Of a stretch of DNA of 64,000 nt, positions 1 through 13,800 are shown piece after piece (position 1 is the first letter of the stretch; each line of letters begins with the position of its first letter). The stretch comes from the human T2T-CHM13v2.0 reference genome, Homo sapiens. Location of the stretch: the NCBI RefSeq assembly GCF_009914755.1, contig NC_060929.1; one strand, given 5' to 3'. The notes beneath the pieces are model-generated. The model did not search any database, was not told where the DNA came from, and saw nothing but the letters and a program-made list of their open reading frames with translations. The translations under genes and the position numbers were made by a program.

Positions 1-629
1 ATTTATTGTCATATAATTATTCATAATAAAGAATCACTGAGTATTTAACTATGTATCAGAAAATGTAATGAATACAAATCTACCCTCACTTGGCCCTGAA
101 ATTTCTTGAAATCGAAATGTCTTCAAAGTTACTCTTAAATTGTACAATAGAAGAATCTAAAAATTTTACAATTTCTATGGAGCTCAAAATGGCTAGTCAC
201 TGATTTTCAAAGGTGATGTGGCTTGGCTTTGAGATGAGAAAGAATCCCACAGTCATGGCCATTAGAGAGAGTGAAGAACCTAAAACACTCTTCAAAGGTT
301 TAGAATTTTGACTGCAGCAACTGGTAGCCTCAAGCATTACAAAGGGAGATCAAGTGGCAGTGTCTTCAACTAACAAAACACAGAAGAGGAGAAGTCCAGC
401 ATTTTAAGAATTATCTAAGAGCTGATTTAATCCTAAAGGAAAACACATGTCCTCTCTTTGGCTCGAAATCAATGTACTTGTCATATCTTTGTGATCCCTG
501 ATGACAACCAAGAAGTTCCAAAGGATGATTCCACACAATCATGAAGTCAATGCATCGAAAAGGCACTTTACTTCTTAGGCACTGAGTCTACTCAAAGACA
601 TCGTGAAGTTTTTTAAAAAAAAAGGCTGA

Positions 630-845
630 AAGATCATAAAAATAGAAAATAGAATGGTTATCTCCAGAGGTTGGGGAGAGGGAGAAATGGGGAGTTTAAG
701 GGATATAGATTTTTCATTTTGCAAGATGAAAAAGTTCTGGAGTTTGTTAATTGCATGACAATGTGAATATATTTAACATTATTGAACTGTACACTTAAAA
801 ATGTTACAATGGTAAATTTTATGTTCTATGTATTATGAATCTTTT
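630..845 (+). mobile_element. Old L1M (L1MB/ME-like) 3' UTR fragment
   Basis: Contains agaatggttatctccagaggttgggg, tgcaagatgaaaaagttctggag and gaactgtacacttaaaaatg...aaattttatg, typical of mammalian-wide L1 3' ends; boundaries approximate. Confidence 0.8.
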
Positions 846-1282
846 TAATTGGCTAAATGAGAAAGTCTTAATTCAGTGTGAAGTTCAGGAACTACATTCA
901 AAAGTTTGTTTATATCTTTTTCAGAAAAGCTTTAGAGATGCTCAATTGGGCAAAAGTTTTCAGTATTTTTCTAGAAACAAATTCTATAAGCTTGCGGGCA
1001 AATGATATATTTGTTATAATACCTTGAACCTTCATGCTATTGAGTATATTATGCTAGAATAACACAAGATCTGTCTTTCATTTGGTGGACCAGAACATTC
1101 GTAAACATTTTCCTGCTAACCAGTTTCTCCTCTAGCATTCTTATATCCTCCAGACAAAGTCACCTGGCCTAGAGAATTACCCATAAATCTTTTTTAAGAT
1201 TGCATCTCCTTTTACAATGCAACTCTGTGTAAAATTTCTCATCTTTACCTTCATAACTCCTCTGTGACAGGAAGACAGAGGA

Positions 1283-1485
1283 TGAATTGTTTTAAGCTCT
1301 CTATACATATTAATTTATTCTCATAAGAAGCCTATGAAATAGATACTAGTAAAGGTGATTAAAACTGAGGCACATTGGGGTTAAAAAAAACTTACTAAAG
1401 TCTTTCAGTTAGAAAGATGTGGCACCAGAATTCAAACCCGCAAGTCTGACCCACATATACTCTATGCCTGTTACACTACACCTCT
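1283..1485 (-). mobile_element. MIR SINE
   Basis: Reverse MIR core: aaaactgaggcaca...ggttaa...cttactaaagtc...agaattcaaaccc...agtctgac. Confidence 0.75.
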
Positions 1486-1690
1486 GCTGATGAAAGTAAA
1501 TGGGAAACCTACACAGAAAATAATTTCAGAGACGTCACAATTGTACTAGTCCATACTTTTCAGAAAATAAAACAGAAAATGAAAAGCAACCTTAACTTCT
1601 GGAAGTGATTAAAAATGGAACTGATGAAGCTCTCATCCTAAAAGCAGGAACGTCATCTCTTACATTCTCTTGCTGCTTTCATGTGCTTAC

Positions 1691-1984
1691 ATATTGTCTC
1701 ACACCATAGTTTAATTTCAGGAATCTTTTAAATCTATATATCCATTTTGTGGGGGTTAACTTAGACCAGATAATATGAACCATAAGTATATATAACTGTA
1801 TGCACATAAACCTCCATGCTCCACAATACACCAAAAGCAACAAAATAAATGGTAACACCATTGTCAAATCCCCCCACACCCATGTAGTTAAACTCCCACT
1901 TATCCCTTGCAATACTTTATGATTATATGACATCCGGCCATCTGATATATAATCAGGGTAAGCATTCCAGTGTCAATTTGGATA
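1691..1984 (-). other. Candidate 294-nt exon of an unknown lncRNA, pseudogene or small-ORF gene
   Basis: Minus-strand acceptor tttttttcctatttag|TATC and donor AATAT|gtaagc; phase-0 frame open for 94 codons after one TGA; no recognised homologue. Confidence 0.3.
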
Positions 1985-2399
1985 CTAAATAGGAAAAAAA
2001 CTAATTTCTTTTTAATTTGTTCAATATATAACATATGCTGAATGCCATAAAAAGTGATACAAAACAACACAAAATCAAAATGCACAGTAATGCTGAATAA
2101 AATATAATTGGCAGCAATTCAAATGCAGAGTGAGCTTGAAAGAAAATAAGAAAATTTCAGGAGCAAAAGGGAAGGGAATGCTGGAAACCAGGAATGGCAG
2201 CTACAGCTGACTTGGGCGTATTTGCCAGTCTTGGTAAAACAAGAGCCTTGCCTTCTGACAGCCACACAGGAGCTAGGAGACATGGTAGGAGGTGAAACCA
2301 AGGCTCCTGTAAAAAGCCCAAGTGGTATAAAGCCTGCAAACTCAGTGGTAGAATACAATCCAACAAATAATTAAAAATCTGCCTGTTGAAAATGAAGGT

Positions 2400-3050
2400 G
2401 TCTGTCCTAGTCTGGGTTCAGGAAGGAAAAGAAGATTCCCCTAGGCATTCTTAATCCCATGCCTAACCTTGCATGGGTTTAGAATTTAAATTGCTACAGC
2501 CAAAGTGGTTGAAGCAAAAACCAAAAACAAACACAAAACAGACATGGTATTAACTTAAAATACTCTCAGACTAGTAGTCCCCCAGAGTGCCACTTACAAG
2601 TAAACCCAAGTCAACTATGGAGAGAAATGTCATTAATCCAGGCTCAAAAGATTCCCAAAGATAAAGCACCACAAAACATGGGTTCAAAATCCAAAAGCAT
2701 AAAATTACTCAAGCTATTAAGAGTGACAACCAACAGAAACAACCACCAACAGAATTAGATCCCCAGGAATTATCATATATGTAATACAAAAAAATAGTAA
2801 AAATATTTAAATAAATTTAAGTGGAATAAACAATATGAGCAAGGAAAAGTAACCATCAAAAGTTTCTAGGAAAAAACTAAAGAAGCACTAAGAAGAAATT
2901 CAGTGAGTGGGTTAAACCACAGAATACACACAGCTAAGATGAGCATTATTGAGCTAAAAGTTACACCTGAAGAAATTACCTATCATGCAGCATAGCAAGA
3001 CAAGCTGAGAAAATATATGAGAGAGATTAAGAAACTCAGAATTGAACGAG
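2400..3050 (+). mobile_element. Highly diverged L1M 5'/ORF1-region fragment
   Basis: A-rich sequence resembling old L1 ORF1 (gggttaaaccacagaatacacacagctaagatgagcattattgagct...gaagaaattacc). Confidence 0.5.
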
Positions 3051-3315
3051 GCAACACCACACACAGCATATTTTTGGGAATGGATAAGACTGATTATTTA
3101 GCCTTGTTTCAAGGTTACCTTAATATCAGTTTTCTCCTGAAGTGGTAAATAAAGAAATAAAACTAAGGTGGTAAAAGTGAAATGAAGATTATTCCCATTG
3201 CTGCCCCTTTTGCAACATTCAGAAGCACATCCAGGATGTTTTGCTCCTGAAAGTAATGCGGCATGAGACATCCTGGTTACAGAGCCTAGACTTGATCTTT
3301 AAAGATCAAACTATC

Positions 3316-3616
3316 GGCCAGGAACAGTGGCTCACACCTGTAATCCCAGCACTTTGAGAGGCTGAGGCAGGTAGATTGCTTGAGCCCAGCAGTTCAAGAC
3401 CAGCCTGGGAAACATGGCAAAACAATGTCTCTACAAAAAAATACAGATTAGCAGGGCATGGTGGTGTATGCCTATAGTCCCACCTACTCAGGAGGCTGAG
3501 GTCAGAGGATCACTTGAGTCCAGGAGGCAGAGGTTGCAGTGAGCTGAGATCACACTACTACACTCCAGCCTGGGCAATAGAGTAAGACTTTATCTCAAAA
3601 AACAAACAAAAAAAAC
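3316..3616 (+). mobile_element. AluJ
   Basis: Dimeric Alu with J-type ttgcttgagcccag and ggatcacttgag; A-rich tail. Confidence 0.93.
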
Positions 3617-4125
3617 TATTATCAAGTAACTTAACTGTTCCAGAACAAACCTCAAGAGTAGTTGATGAGGATATAAATATGCAGGACTCAACAAGGTAAT
3701 ATTCAAAATGCCCAGCATCATATTAAAAATTTACCAGACATACAAAAAAGCAGAAAAATATGATCCATAATAAGAAAAACATCACTCCATCAAAACCAAC
3801 ACAGGAGAGAAACAGATAGAATTATGAGTACATTAGAAGTTATATTCACATGTTCAACAAGTTAGGAGAAAAAATAAACATATTAAATACATGAAACAAA
3901 CAAAAAATACCTAAATCAAACTTTTAGAGAAGAAAACTACAATGGTGGAGATTTAAATATACAATGGATGATATTAACATCAAATTAGACATTGCAGAAG
4001 GAAAGATTAGTGAATTAGAAAATATAGCAATTGAAACTATCCAAAATAAAACATAAAGAGAAAAAAAGACTGAGAAAAAATAAAGCATTTGTGAGTTTTG
4101 AAACATCTTTAAGCAGTATGTGCAT

Positions 4126-4213
4126 ATACATATAGTCTCTCAAGTATATATACGTATGTGTGTGTGTATATATATGTGTATATATATATGAATAAATATA
4201 TATGTATATATAT
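4126..4213. repeat. (TA)n/(TG)n compound microsatellite
   Basis: tatatatacgtatgtgtgtgtgtatatatatgtgtatatatatat. Confidence 0.85.
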
Positions 4214-5124
4214 TTCTCTCAGGAGAAAGAGAGACATCTTAAAGAAGGCAAGTTGCATGGGAAAACAACAGAAAAAATCATGGCTGCATATTTCCAAAAT
4301 TTGATAAAAATCATAAATACAAAAACTCAATAAACTCAAAGAATGTCAAGAACAAGAAACATCAATAAAACTCAGCAAAACACACTATAATGAAATTGCT
4401 TTGAACCAATAATAAAAAACTTAAAAGCATCCAGGAACTAAAACACATTACATACAGAGGAAAAAATGATAAAGATGATGGCAGACATCAACAACAGTGC
4501 AAGTGAGAAGACAGTAGGGTAATCTTTTTAAAGTATTGAATGATTTTTTTAAAAACTGTCAACTTACAATTCTTAACTCAGTGAAAATATACTTTGACAA
4601 AGTGGCAAAATAATAGCTTTTTCAGAAGTACCAAAGCTGAAAAAAAATCATCACACATCTGCACTAGGAGAAATGTTAAAGGAAGTTTTCAAAGCAGAAG
4701 GGAAATTTTTTTTGAGTGGAAAATCTATTTTTATGTGTTTATAACAGAAGGGAAATGGTTATCAAGTGGAAATCTTGATCTATACAAAGAAATGAAAAGC
4801 ACCATAAGTGGTAACTACATTGTTAAATATAAAAGCTTTTAAGAAAATTATTTAAATCTCTTTAAAAGAAAATCAGCTGTTTCAAGCAAAAATAAAAACA
4901 CTACATTTTCAGGGTTTATTACATGTAGAGATGTAAAAATGGATAATGACAATAGCATAAAGTCTGGGAGGGGACAAATGAAATGATTCTGTTGTAAGAT
5001 TCATATACTATACATAAAGTACAGGAATAACATTTGAAGATCAACTATGATAAGTTACAGATAAATACAACTCACTGAGAAAAATGGAAAATGAAAATCA
5101 CACACAAAAATAAAAATACAATAA

Positions 5125-5454
<330 letters not shown>

Positions 5455-5836
5455 TAAATTTAAAGCAACTTCTGAAATAACAAAACACAGTTATAGTTAT
5501 TAAGCCAACAAAATAGATAAAATAGATGGAAAAAATAATATTAAAATAATCCTAGAGAAGGCAGAAAAAGAGGGAAAAGGGAATAACAAACACCTGGGTA
5601 AAATAGAAAACAAATATGAAAATAGTAAATATAAAATTAACCATATCAATTATTACATTAAATGTAAATGTCTAATGACCTCAAATAAAAGGTAAAGATT
5701 TTCATATTTGATTTTTAAAAAGCAAGGCCCAGTTACATGCTGCCTTCAAGAAACATACTTAAAATATGACAACACAGATAGGTTAAAAGCAGAAGCACAG
5801 AAAAAATGCAACTTGCCAACACTCAAAAAGAAAGCT

Positions 5837-5960
5837 TTATGCATTTACCGTGATGTGATTATTACACATTTGTATACCTGTATAAAAATATCTCATATGC
5901 CTTATAAATATATCTACCTACTATGTACCCAAAAAATTTAAAATAAAAAAAAAATTTAAA
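5837..5960 (+). mobile_element. Very short L1MA 3'-tip insertion
   Basis: cctgtataaaaatatctcat...tatgtaccca plus A tail; flanked by the near-TSD caaaaagaaagct / caaaaaagaaaagct. Confidence 0.75.
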
Positions 5961-7155
5961 CAAAAAAGAAAAGCTGCAATGGCTTTGTATTATTTTATTT
6001 TTATTTTATTTTTAAATTATACTTTAAGTTATAGGGTGCATGTGCACAACGTGCAGCTTTGTTACATATGCATACGTGTGCCATGTTGGTGTGCTGCACC
6101 CATTGACTCGACATTTACATAAGTTATGTCTCCGAATGCTATGCCTCCCCCAGCCCACCACCAGATGATACGGCCCAGTGTGTGATGTTCCCCACCCTGT
6201 GTCCAAGTGTACTCATTGTTCAATTCCCACCTATGAGTGAGAACATGTGGTGCTTGGTTTTCTGTCCTTGCAACGGATTGGTCAGAATGATGGTTGGTTT
6301 CCAGCTGCATCCATGTCCCTACAAAGGACATGAACTCATCTTTTTATGGCTGCATAGAATTCCATGGTGTATATGTGCCACATTTTCTTCATCCAGTCTA
6401 TCACTGATGGACATTTGGGTTGCTTCCAAGTCTTTGCTATTGTGAATAGTGCCTCAATAAACATACCTGTGCATGTGTCTTTATAGCAGCATGATTTATA
6501 TTCCTTTGGGTATATACGCAGTAATGGGATGGCTGGGTCAAATGGTAATTCTAGTTCTAAATCCTTGAGGAATCACCACAGTGTCTTCCACAATGGTTGA
6601 ACCAGTTTACAGTCCCATCAACAGTGTAAAACCATTCCTATTTCTCCAAATTCTCTCCAGCACCTGTTGTTTCCTGAATGTTTAATCATCACCATGCTAA
6701 CTAGTATGAGAGAGTATCTCATTGTGGTTTTGATTTGCATTTGTCTGATAGCCAGTGATGATGAGCATTTTTTCATGTGTCTGTTGGCTGCATAAATATC
6801 TTCTTTTGAGAAGTGTCTGTTCGTATATTTCACCCACTTTTTGATGGGGTTGTTTGATTTTTTCTTGTAAATTTGTGTAAGTTCTTTGTAGATTCTGGAT
6901 GGTAGAATCTACATCTTTGTAGATTCTGGGTGGTAGAATCTACCCTTTGTCAGATGAGTAGATTGTAAAAATGTTCTCCCATTCTATAGGTTGCCTGTTC
7001 ACTCTGATAGTAGTTTCTTTTGCTGTGCAGAAGCTCTTTAGTTTAATTAGATCCCATTTGTCAATTTTGGCTTTTGTTGCCATTGCTTTTGGTGTTTTAG
7101 TCATGAAGTCCTTGCCCATGCCTATGTCCTGAATGGTATTGTCTAGGTTTTCTTC

Positions 7156-8376
7156 TCAGGTTTTTATGGTTTTAGGTCTAACATTTGAGTCTTTAATCCA
7201 TCTTGAATTAATCTTTGTATAAGTTGTAAGGAAGGGATGTAGTTTCAGCTTTCTACATATGGCTAGCCAGTTTTCCCAACACCATTTGTTAAATAGGGAA
7301 TCCTTTCCCCATTTCTTGTTTTTGTCACGTTTGTCAAAGATCAGAGGGTTGTAGATGTGTGGTATTATTTCTGAGGGTTCTGTTCTGTTCCATTGGTCTA
7401 TATGTCTCTTTTGGTACCAGTACCATGCTGTTTTGGTTACTGTAGCCTTGTAGTATAGTTTGAAGTCAGATAGCATGATGCCTTCAGCTTTGTTCTTTTT
7501 GCTTAGGATTGTCTTGGCAATGCAGGCTCTTTTTTGGTTGCATATGGACTTGTAAGTAGTTTTTTCCAATTCTGTGAAAAAAATCATTGGTAGCTTGATG
7601 GGGATGGCGTTGAATCTATAAATTACCTTGGGCAGTATGGCCATTTTCACGATATTGATTCTTCCTATCCATGAGCATGAAATATTCTTCCATTTGTTTG
7701 TGTCCTCTCTTTCATTGAGCAGTGGTTTGTAGTTCTTCTTGAAGAGGTCCTTCACATCCCTTGTAAGTTGGATTCCTAGGTATCTTATTCTCGTTAGAGC
7801 AATTGTGAATGGGAGTTCACTCATGATTTGGCTCTCTGTTTGTCTGTTATTGGTGTATACGAATGCTTGTGATTTTTGCACATTGATTTTGTATCCTGAG
7901 ACTTCACCAAAGTTGCTTATCAGCTTAAGGAGATTTTGGGTTGAGACAACAGGGTTTTCTAAATATACAATCATGTCCTCTGCAAACAGGGACAATTTGA
8001 CTTCCTTTTTTCCTAATTGAATACCATTTATTTCTTTCTCCTGCCTGATTGCCCTGGCTAGAACTTCCAACACTAGGTTGAATAGGAGTGGTGAGAGAGG
8101 GCATCCCTGTCTTGTGCCAGTTTTCAAAGGGAATGCTTCCAGTTTTTTCCCATTCAGTATGATATTGGCTGTGGGTTTGTCATAAATAGCTCTTCTTATT
8201 TTAAGATACATCCCATCAATACCTAGTTCATTGAGAGTTTTTAGCATGAAGGGCTGTTGAATTTTGAAAAAGGCCTTTCCTGCATCTATTGAGATAATGA
8301 TGTGGTTTTTGTCTTTGGTTCTGTTGATATGATGGATTATGTTTATTGATTTGAGTATGTTAATCCAGCCTTGCAT
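7156..8376 (-). pseudogene. L1 ORF2p reverse-transcriptase remnant (copy A)
   Basis: [20 protein letters not shown] (catalytic FADD mutated), YLGIQL; ends at a premature TGA. Confidence 0.9.
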
Positions 8377-9107
8377 CCCAGGGATGAAGTCAACTTGATC
8401 ATGGTGGATAAGCTTTTGATGTGCTGCTGGATTCGGTTTGCCAGTATTTTATTGAGGATTTTTGCATTGATGTTCATCAGGAATATTGGTCTAAAATTCT
8501 CTTTTTTTGTTTTGTCTCTGCCAGACTTTGGTATCAGAAAGACGCTGGCCTCATAAAATGAGTTAGGGAGAATTCCCTCTTTTTCTATTGATCGGAATAG
8601 CTTCAGAAGGGATGGTACCAGCTCCTGTTTGTACCTTTGGTAGAATTCAGCTGTGAATCTGTCTGGTTCTGGACTTTTTTTGGTTGGCAGGCTATTAATT
8701 ATTGCCCCAATTTCAGAGCCTGTTATTGGTCTATTCAGGGATTCAACTTCTTCCTGGTTTAGCCTGGGATGGTGTATGTGTCCAAGAATTTATCCATTTC
8801 TTCTAGATTTTCTAGTTTATTCGTGTAAAGGAGTTTATAGTATTCTCTGATGGTAGTGTGTATTTCTGTGGGATTGGTGGTGATATCTTCTGTATCATTT
8901 TTTATTGTATCTATTTGATTTTTCTCTCTTTTCTTCTTTATTAGTCTTGCTAGCAGTCTCTCAATTTTGTTGATCTTTTCAACAAACCAGCTCCTGGATT
9001 CATTGATTTTTTGAAGGGTTTTTTATGTCTCTATCTCCTTCCGTTCTGCTCTGATCTTAGTTATTTTTTGCCTTCTGCTAGCTTTTGAATGTGTTTACTC
9101 TAGCTTC

Positions 9108-9260
9108 TTTTTTTTAAAAACATATATATATATATGTTATACTTTAAGTTCTAGGGTACATGTGCACAATGTGCAGATTTTTTACATATGTATGCATATA
9201 CCACGTTGGTGTGATGCACCCATTAACTCATCATTTACATTAGGTATATCTCCTAATGCT
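9108..9260 (-). mobile_element. ~150-bp L1PA 3'-tip nested inside copy A
   Basis: T/TA tail then tatactttaagttctagggtacatgtgcac...tcctaatgct, interrupting ORF2 sequence. Confidence 0.88.
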
Positions 9261-10300
9261 TTTCTAGGGTGTCAATTTTAGATCGTTCCTGCTTTCTCTT
9301 GTGGGCATTTAGTGCTATAAATTTCCCTCTACACACCACTTTAAATGTGTCCCAGAGATTCTCGTATATTGTGTCTTTGTTCCCATTGGTTTCAAAGAAC
9401 ATCTTTATTTCTGCCTTCATTTCATTATGAACTCAGTAGTCATTCAGAAGCAGATTGTTCAGTTTCCATGTAGTTGAGTGGTTTGAGGGAGTTTCTTAAT
9501 CCTGAGTTCTAATTTGATTGCAGTGTGGTCTGAGAGACAGCATGTTATCATTTCTGTTCTTTTACATTTGCTGAGGAGTGCTTTACTTCAGACTATTTGG
9601 TCAATTTTGGAGTAAGTGTGATGTGTGCTGAGAAGAATGTATACTCTGTTGATTTGGGGTGGAGAGTTCTGTAGATGTCCTTTAGGTCCTCTTGGTGCAG
9701 AGCTGAGTTAAATTCCTGGATATTCTTGTTAACTGCCTGTCTCATTGATCTGTCTAATGTTGACTGTGGGGTGTTAAAGTCTCCCATTATTTTTGTGTGG
9801 GAGTCTAAGTCTCTTTGTAGGTCTCTAAGGACTTGCTTTATGAATCTGGGTGCTCCTGTATTGGATGCATATATATTTAGGATAGTTAGCTCTTCTTGTT
9901 GAATTAATTTCCTTTAGCATTATGTAATGGCCTTGTCTCTTTTGATCTTTGCTGGTTTAAGTCTGTTTTATCAGAGACTAGGATTGCAACCCCTGCCTTT
10001 TTTTGTTTTCCATTTGCTTGGTAGATCTTCCTCCATCCCTTTATTTTGAACGTATGTGTGTCCTCCATGTGAGATGGGTCTCCTGAATACAGCACACTGA
10101 TGGGTCTTGACTCTTTATCAGTTTGCCAGTCTGTGTCTTTTCATTGGTGCATTTAGCCCATTTACATTTAAGGTTAATATCATTATGTGTGAATTTGATC
10201 CTGTCATTATGATGTTAGCTGGTTATTTTGCTCATTAATTGATGCAATTTCTTCCTAGCATCGATGGTCTTTACAATTTGTCATGTTTTTGCAGTGGCTG

Positions 10301-10831
10301 CTACCACTTGTTCCTTTCCATGTTTAGTGCTTCCTTCAGGAGCTCTTGTAAGGCAGGCCTGGTGGTGACAAAACCTCTCAGCATTTGCTTGTCTGTAAAG
10401 GATTTTATTTCTCCTTCACTTATGAAGCTTATTTTTGCTGGATGTGAAATTCTGGGTTGAAAATTCTTTTCTTTAAGAATGTTGAATATTGGCCCCCACT
10501 CTCTTCTGGCTTGTAGAGTTTCTGCCAAGAGATCCACTGTTAGTCTGATGGATTTCCCTTTGTGGGTAACCTGACCTTTCTCTCTGGCTGCCCTTAACAT
10601 TTTTTCCTTCATTCCAACTTTGGTGAATCTGACAATTATGTGTCTTGGAGTTGCTTTTCTCAGGGAGTATCTTTGTGGCATTCTCTGTATTTCCTGAATT
10701 TGAATGTTGGCCTGCCTTGCTAGGTTGGGGAAGTTCTCCTGGATAATATCCTGGAGAGTGTTTTCCAACTTGGTTCCATTATCCCCATCACTTTCAGGTA
10801 CACCAATCACGTGTAGATTTGGTCTTTTCAC
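10301..10831 (-). pseudogene. L1 ORF1p C-terminal remnant (copy A)
   Basis: KRPNL...ENFPNLARQ...ARREW...FVTTRPALQELLKEAL. Confidence 0.9.
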
Positions 10832-13800
10832 ATAGTCCCATATTTCTTGGAGGCTTTGTTCATTTTTTTTTTTTTACTCTTTTTTCTCTAAACTTCTCTT
10901 CTCGCTTCATTTCATTCATTTGATCTTCAAGCACTGATACCCTTTCTTCCACTTGGTCGAATCAGCCACTGAAGCTTGTGTATGCATCACGTAGTTCTCG
11001 TGCCATGGTTTTCAGCTCCATCAGGTCATTTAAGGTCTTCTGTACACGTTTATTCTAGTTAGCCATTCATCTAATCTTTTTTCAAGGTTTTTAGCTTCTT
11101 TGAGATGGGTTCAAATATCCTCCTTTAGCTTGGAAAAGTTTTTTATTACCGATCATCTGAAGCCTTCTTTTCTCAACTCGTCAAAGTCATTCTCTGTCCA
11201 ACTTGGTTCTGTTGCTGGCGTGGAGCTGTGTTCCTTTGAAGGAGAAGAGGTGCTCTGATTTTTAGAATTGTCAGCTTTTCTGCTCTGGTTTCTCCCCATC
11301 TTTGTGGTTTCATCTAACTTTGGTCTTTGATAATGGGGTTTTGGTGTAGATTTCCTTTCTGTTTCTTACTTTTCCTTCTAACAGTCAGGACCCTCAGCTG
11401 CAGGTCTGTTGCAGTTTGCTGGAGGTCCACTCCAGCCTAAGTATCACCAGCAGAGGCTGCAGAACAGCAAATAATGCAGAACGACAGATGTTGCTTCCTG
11501 ATCCTTCCTCTGGAAGCTTCATCTCAGAGGCGCACCTGGCTGTATGAGTAGTCAGTAGGCCCCTACTGGGAGGTTTCTCCCAGTTAGGCTACTTGGGGTT
11601 CAGGGACCCACTTGAGGAGGCAGTCTGTCCATTCTCAGATCTCAAACTCCATGCTGGGAGAACCACTAATCTCTTCAAAGCTGTCAGACAGGGACGTTTA
11701 TGTCTTCAGAAGTTTCTGCTGCCTTTTGTTCAGCTATGCCCTGCCCCCAGAGGTGGAGTCTACAGAGGCAGGCAGGCCTCCTTGAGCTGCGGTAGGCTCC
11801 ACCCAGTTCGAGCTTCCCAGCTACTTTATTTACCTACTCAAGCCTCAGCAATGGAGGACGCCCCTCCCCCAGCCTCACTGCCAACTTGCAGTTCGATCTC
11901 GGACTGCTGTGCTAGAAGTGAGTGAGGCTCTGTGGGTGTAGGACCCTCCAAGCCAGGCATGGGATATAATCTCCTGGTATGCCATTTGCTAAGACCATTG
12001 GAAAAGCACAGTATCAGGGTGGGAGAGTCCCAATTTTCCAGGTACCATCTGTCATGGCTTCCCTTGGCTAGGAAAGGGAATTCCCCGACCCCTTGCACTT
12101 CCCGGGTGAGGCAATGCCCTGCCCTGCTCCATGGGCCGCACCCACTGTCTGACAAACCCCAGTGAGAGGAAGCCGGTACCTCAGTTGGTCATGCAGAAAT
12201 CACCTGTCTTCTGTGTCACTTACACTGGGAGCTGTAGACTGGAGTGAACCTATTCACCATCTTGGAACCTCAAAAACGCAATGACTTTGTTAATATCAGA
12301 CAAAGCAGATTTAAGAACAAAGAATACTAACAAGCATAAAGAGGATCATTTCATAATGATAAAGAAGTCAATTCATAAAGACAACATAACAATCCTTAAT
12401 GTTTATGTACTTAATAATATAGCTTCAAAATACATGAAGCAAAACCTGATAGAACTGCAAGGAGAAATAGAGAAATTCACAATTATAATTTAATATTTCA
12501 ACAACACTCCTTCAATAATTGATAGAACCAATAGACAGAAAATCAGTAAGGATCCAGGGAATTTGAACAACTCTCTAATCACCTTCACCTAAATGACATG
12601 TAGAGAACACTCAATCTACAAGTATTATATACATTCTTTCCAAGTGCCTATGAAACATTTTTCCAGACAGATAAGCCAAAAGAAAGTCTCCATAAATTTT
12701 AAAGGATTAAGATCATATAAAGTATTTTATCCAATTACAATGAAATTAAATTGGTAATAAATAACAGAAAATAGTTGAAAGATCCCCAAATATTTGGGAA
12801 CTGAATAACCCACTTCTAAAATAATCCAGGAATCAAAGAAGAAATAAAAAGAAACTGGCTTAAAATTGAAAACACAACATACACAATGAAAAGGAAGAAG
12901 TAAATTTGTCTTTATTCACAAAACATGGTTGCTTATGTAGAGAATCTAATGAAATCTATAAAATAATCTAGTAGAACTAGTGAGTTTAGCATGGTTCAAA
13001 GATACAAAGTTAATATACAAAAATCAGATGTATTTCAAAATACTATAAATGAACAACTGGAAATTGAAATTTTAGAAAATACCATTTAAAATAACATCAA
13101 ACATATAAAATTCTTAGGAAACATCTAATAAAATATGTACAAGACCTATACATTGCAAACTACAAAACATTGCCAAGGAAAATTAAAGGAGTCCTAAGTA
13201 AATGGAGAAATATAATGTGTTCATGATCCAAAGACTCAATAATGTTAAGATGTCAATTTTACCCCAAATTAATTAATAAATTCAACACAATCCCAATGAA
13301 AAACCCAGAAGGCACTTTTTTTTAAATTGAAAAGTGGATTTTAAAATTTATACAGAAATTAAAAGGAATTATAATAGAACGCCTTTAAAAAAGGACCAAA
13401 ACTGAGGACTTACACTACCTATTTCAAGACTTATTATTAGACAACAGAAACCAAAAAAGTATAGTATTGTTGCCAAGATAAACAATCTATAGAACAGAAT
13501 AAGAATTTCAGAAATAGAACCATATATAAATGGCCAATTGATTTTAGAAAATGATGCAAAAGTAATTCAATGGGGATATGATACTCTTTTTAGAAAATGG
13601 TGCTTGAATAATTTTATATCCATATGCAAAAATATTGAACTTTAATCCATACTCTCTATCATATATAAAAATTAAGTCCAAATAGATGAAAAACCCCAAT
13701 GTAAACCAGAAAATAACAATACTTATAGGAGAAAACATAGAAGAAAGTCATTGTGACCTTGAATTGGTAAGGACTTCTTAGAAACAATACCGAAAGCACA

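Larger units (their letters stand above)
5989..12277 (-). mobile_element. Full-length L1PA (PA6-like), inactive; copy A
   Basis: 5' UTR, ORF1, ORF2, 3' UTR and T tail; TSD gcaatggctttgt (5976-5988) / gcaatgactttgt (12278-12290). Confidence 0.95.

Noticed and set aside
7156-8376. 406-aa RT-like ORF as a functional reverse-transcriptase system
   Set aside because: Fragment of L1 ORF2 with the catalytic FADD mutated and a premature stop; no intact ORF1 plus ORF2 anywhere in the window
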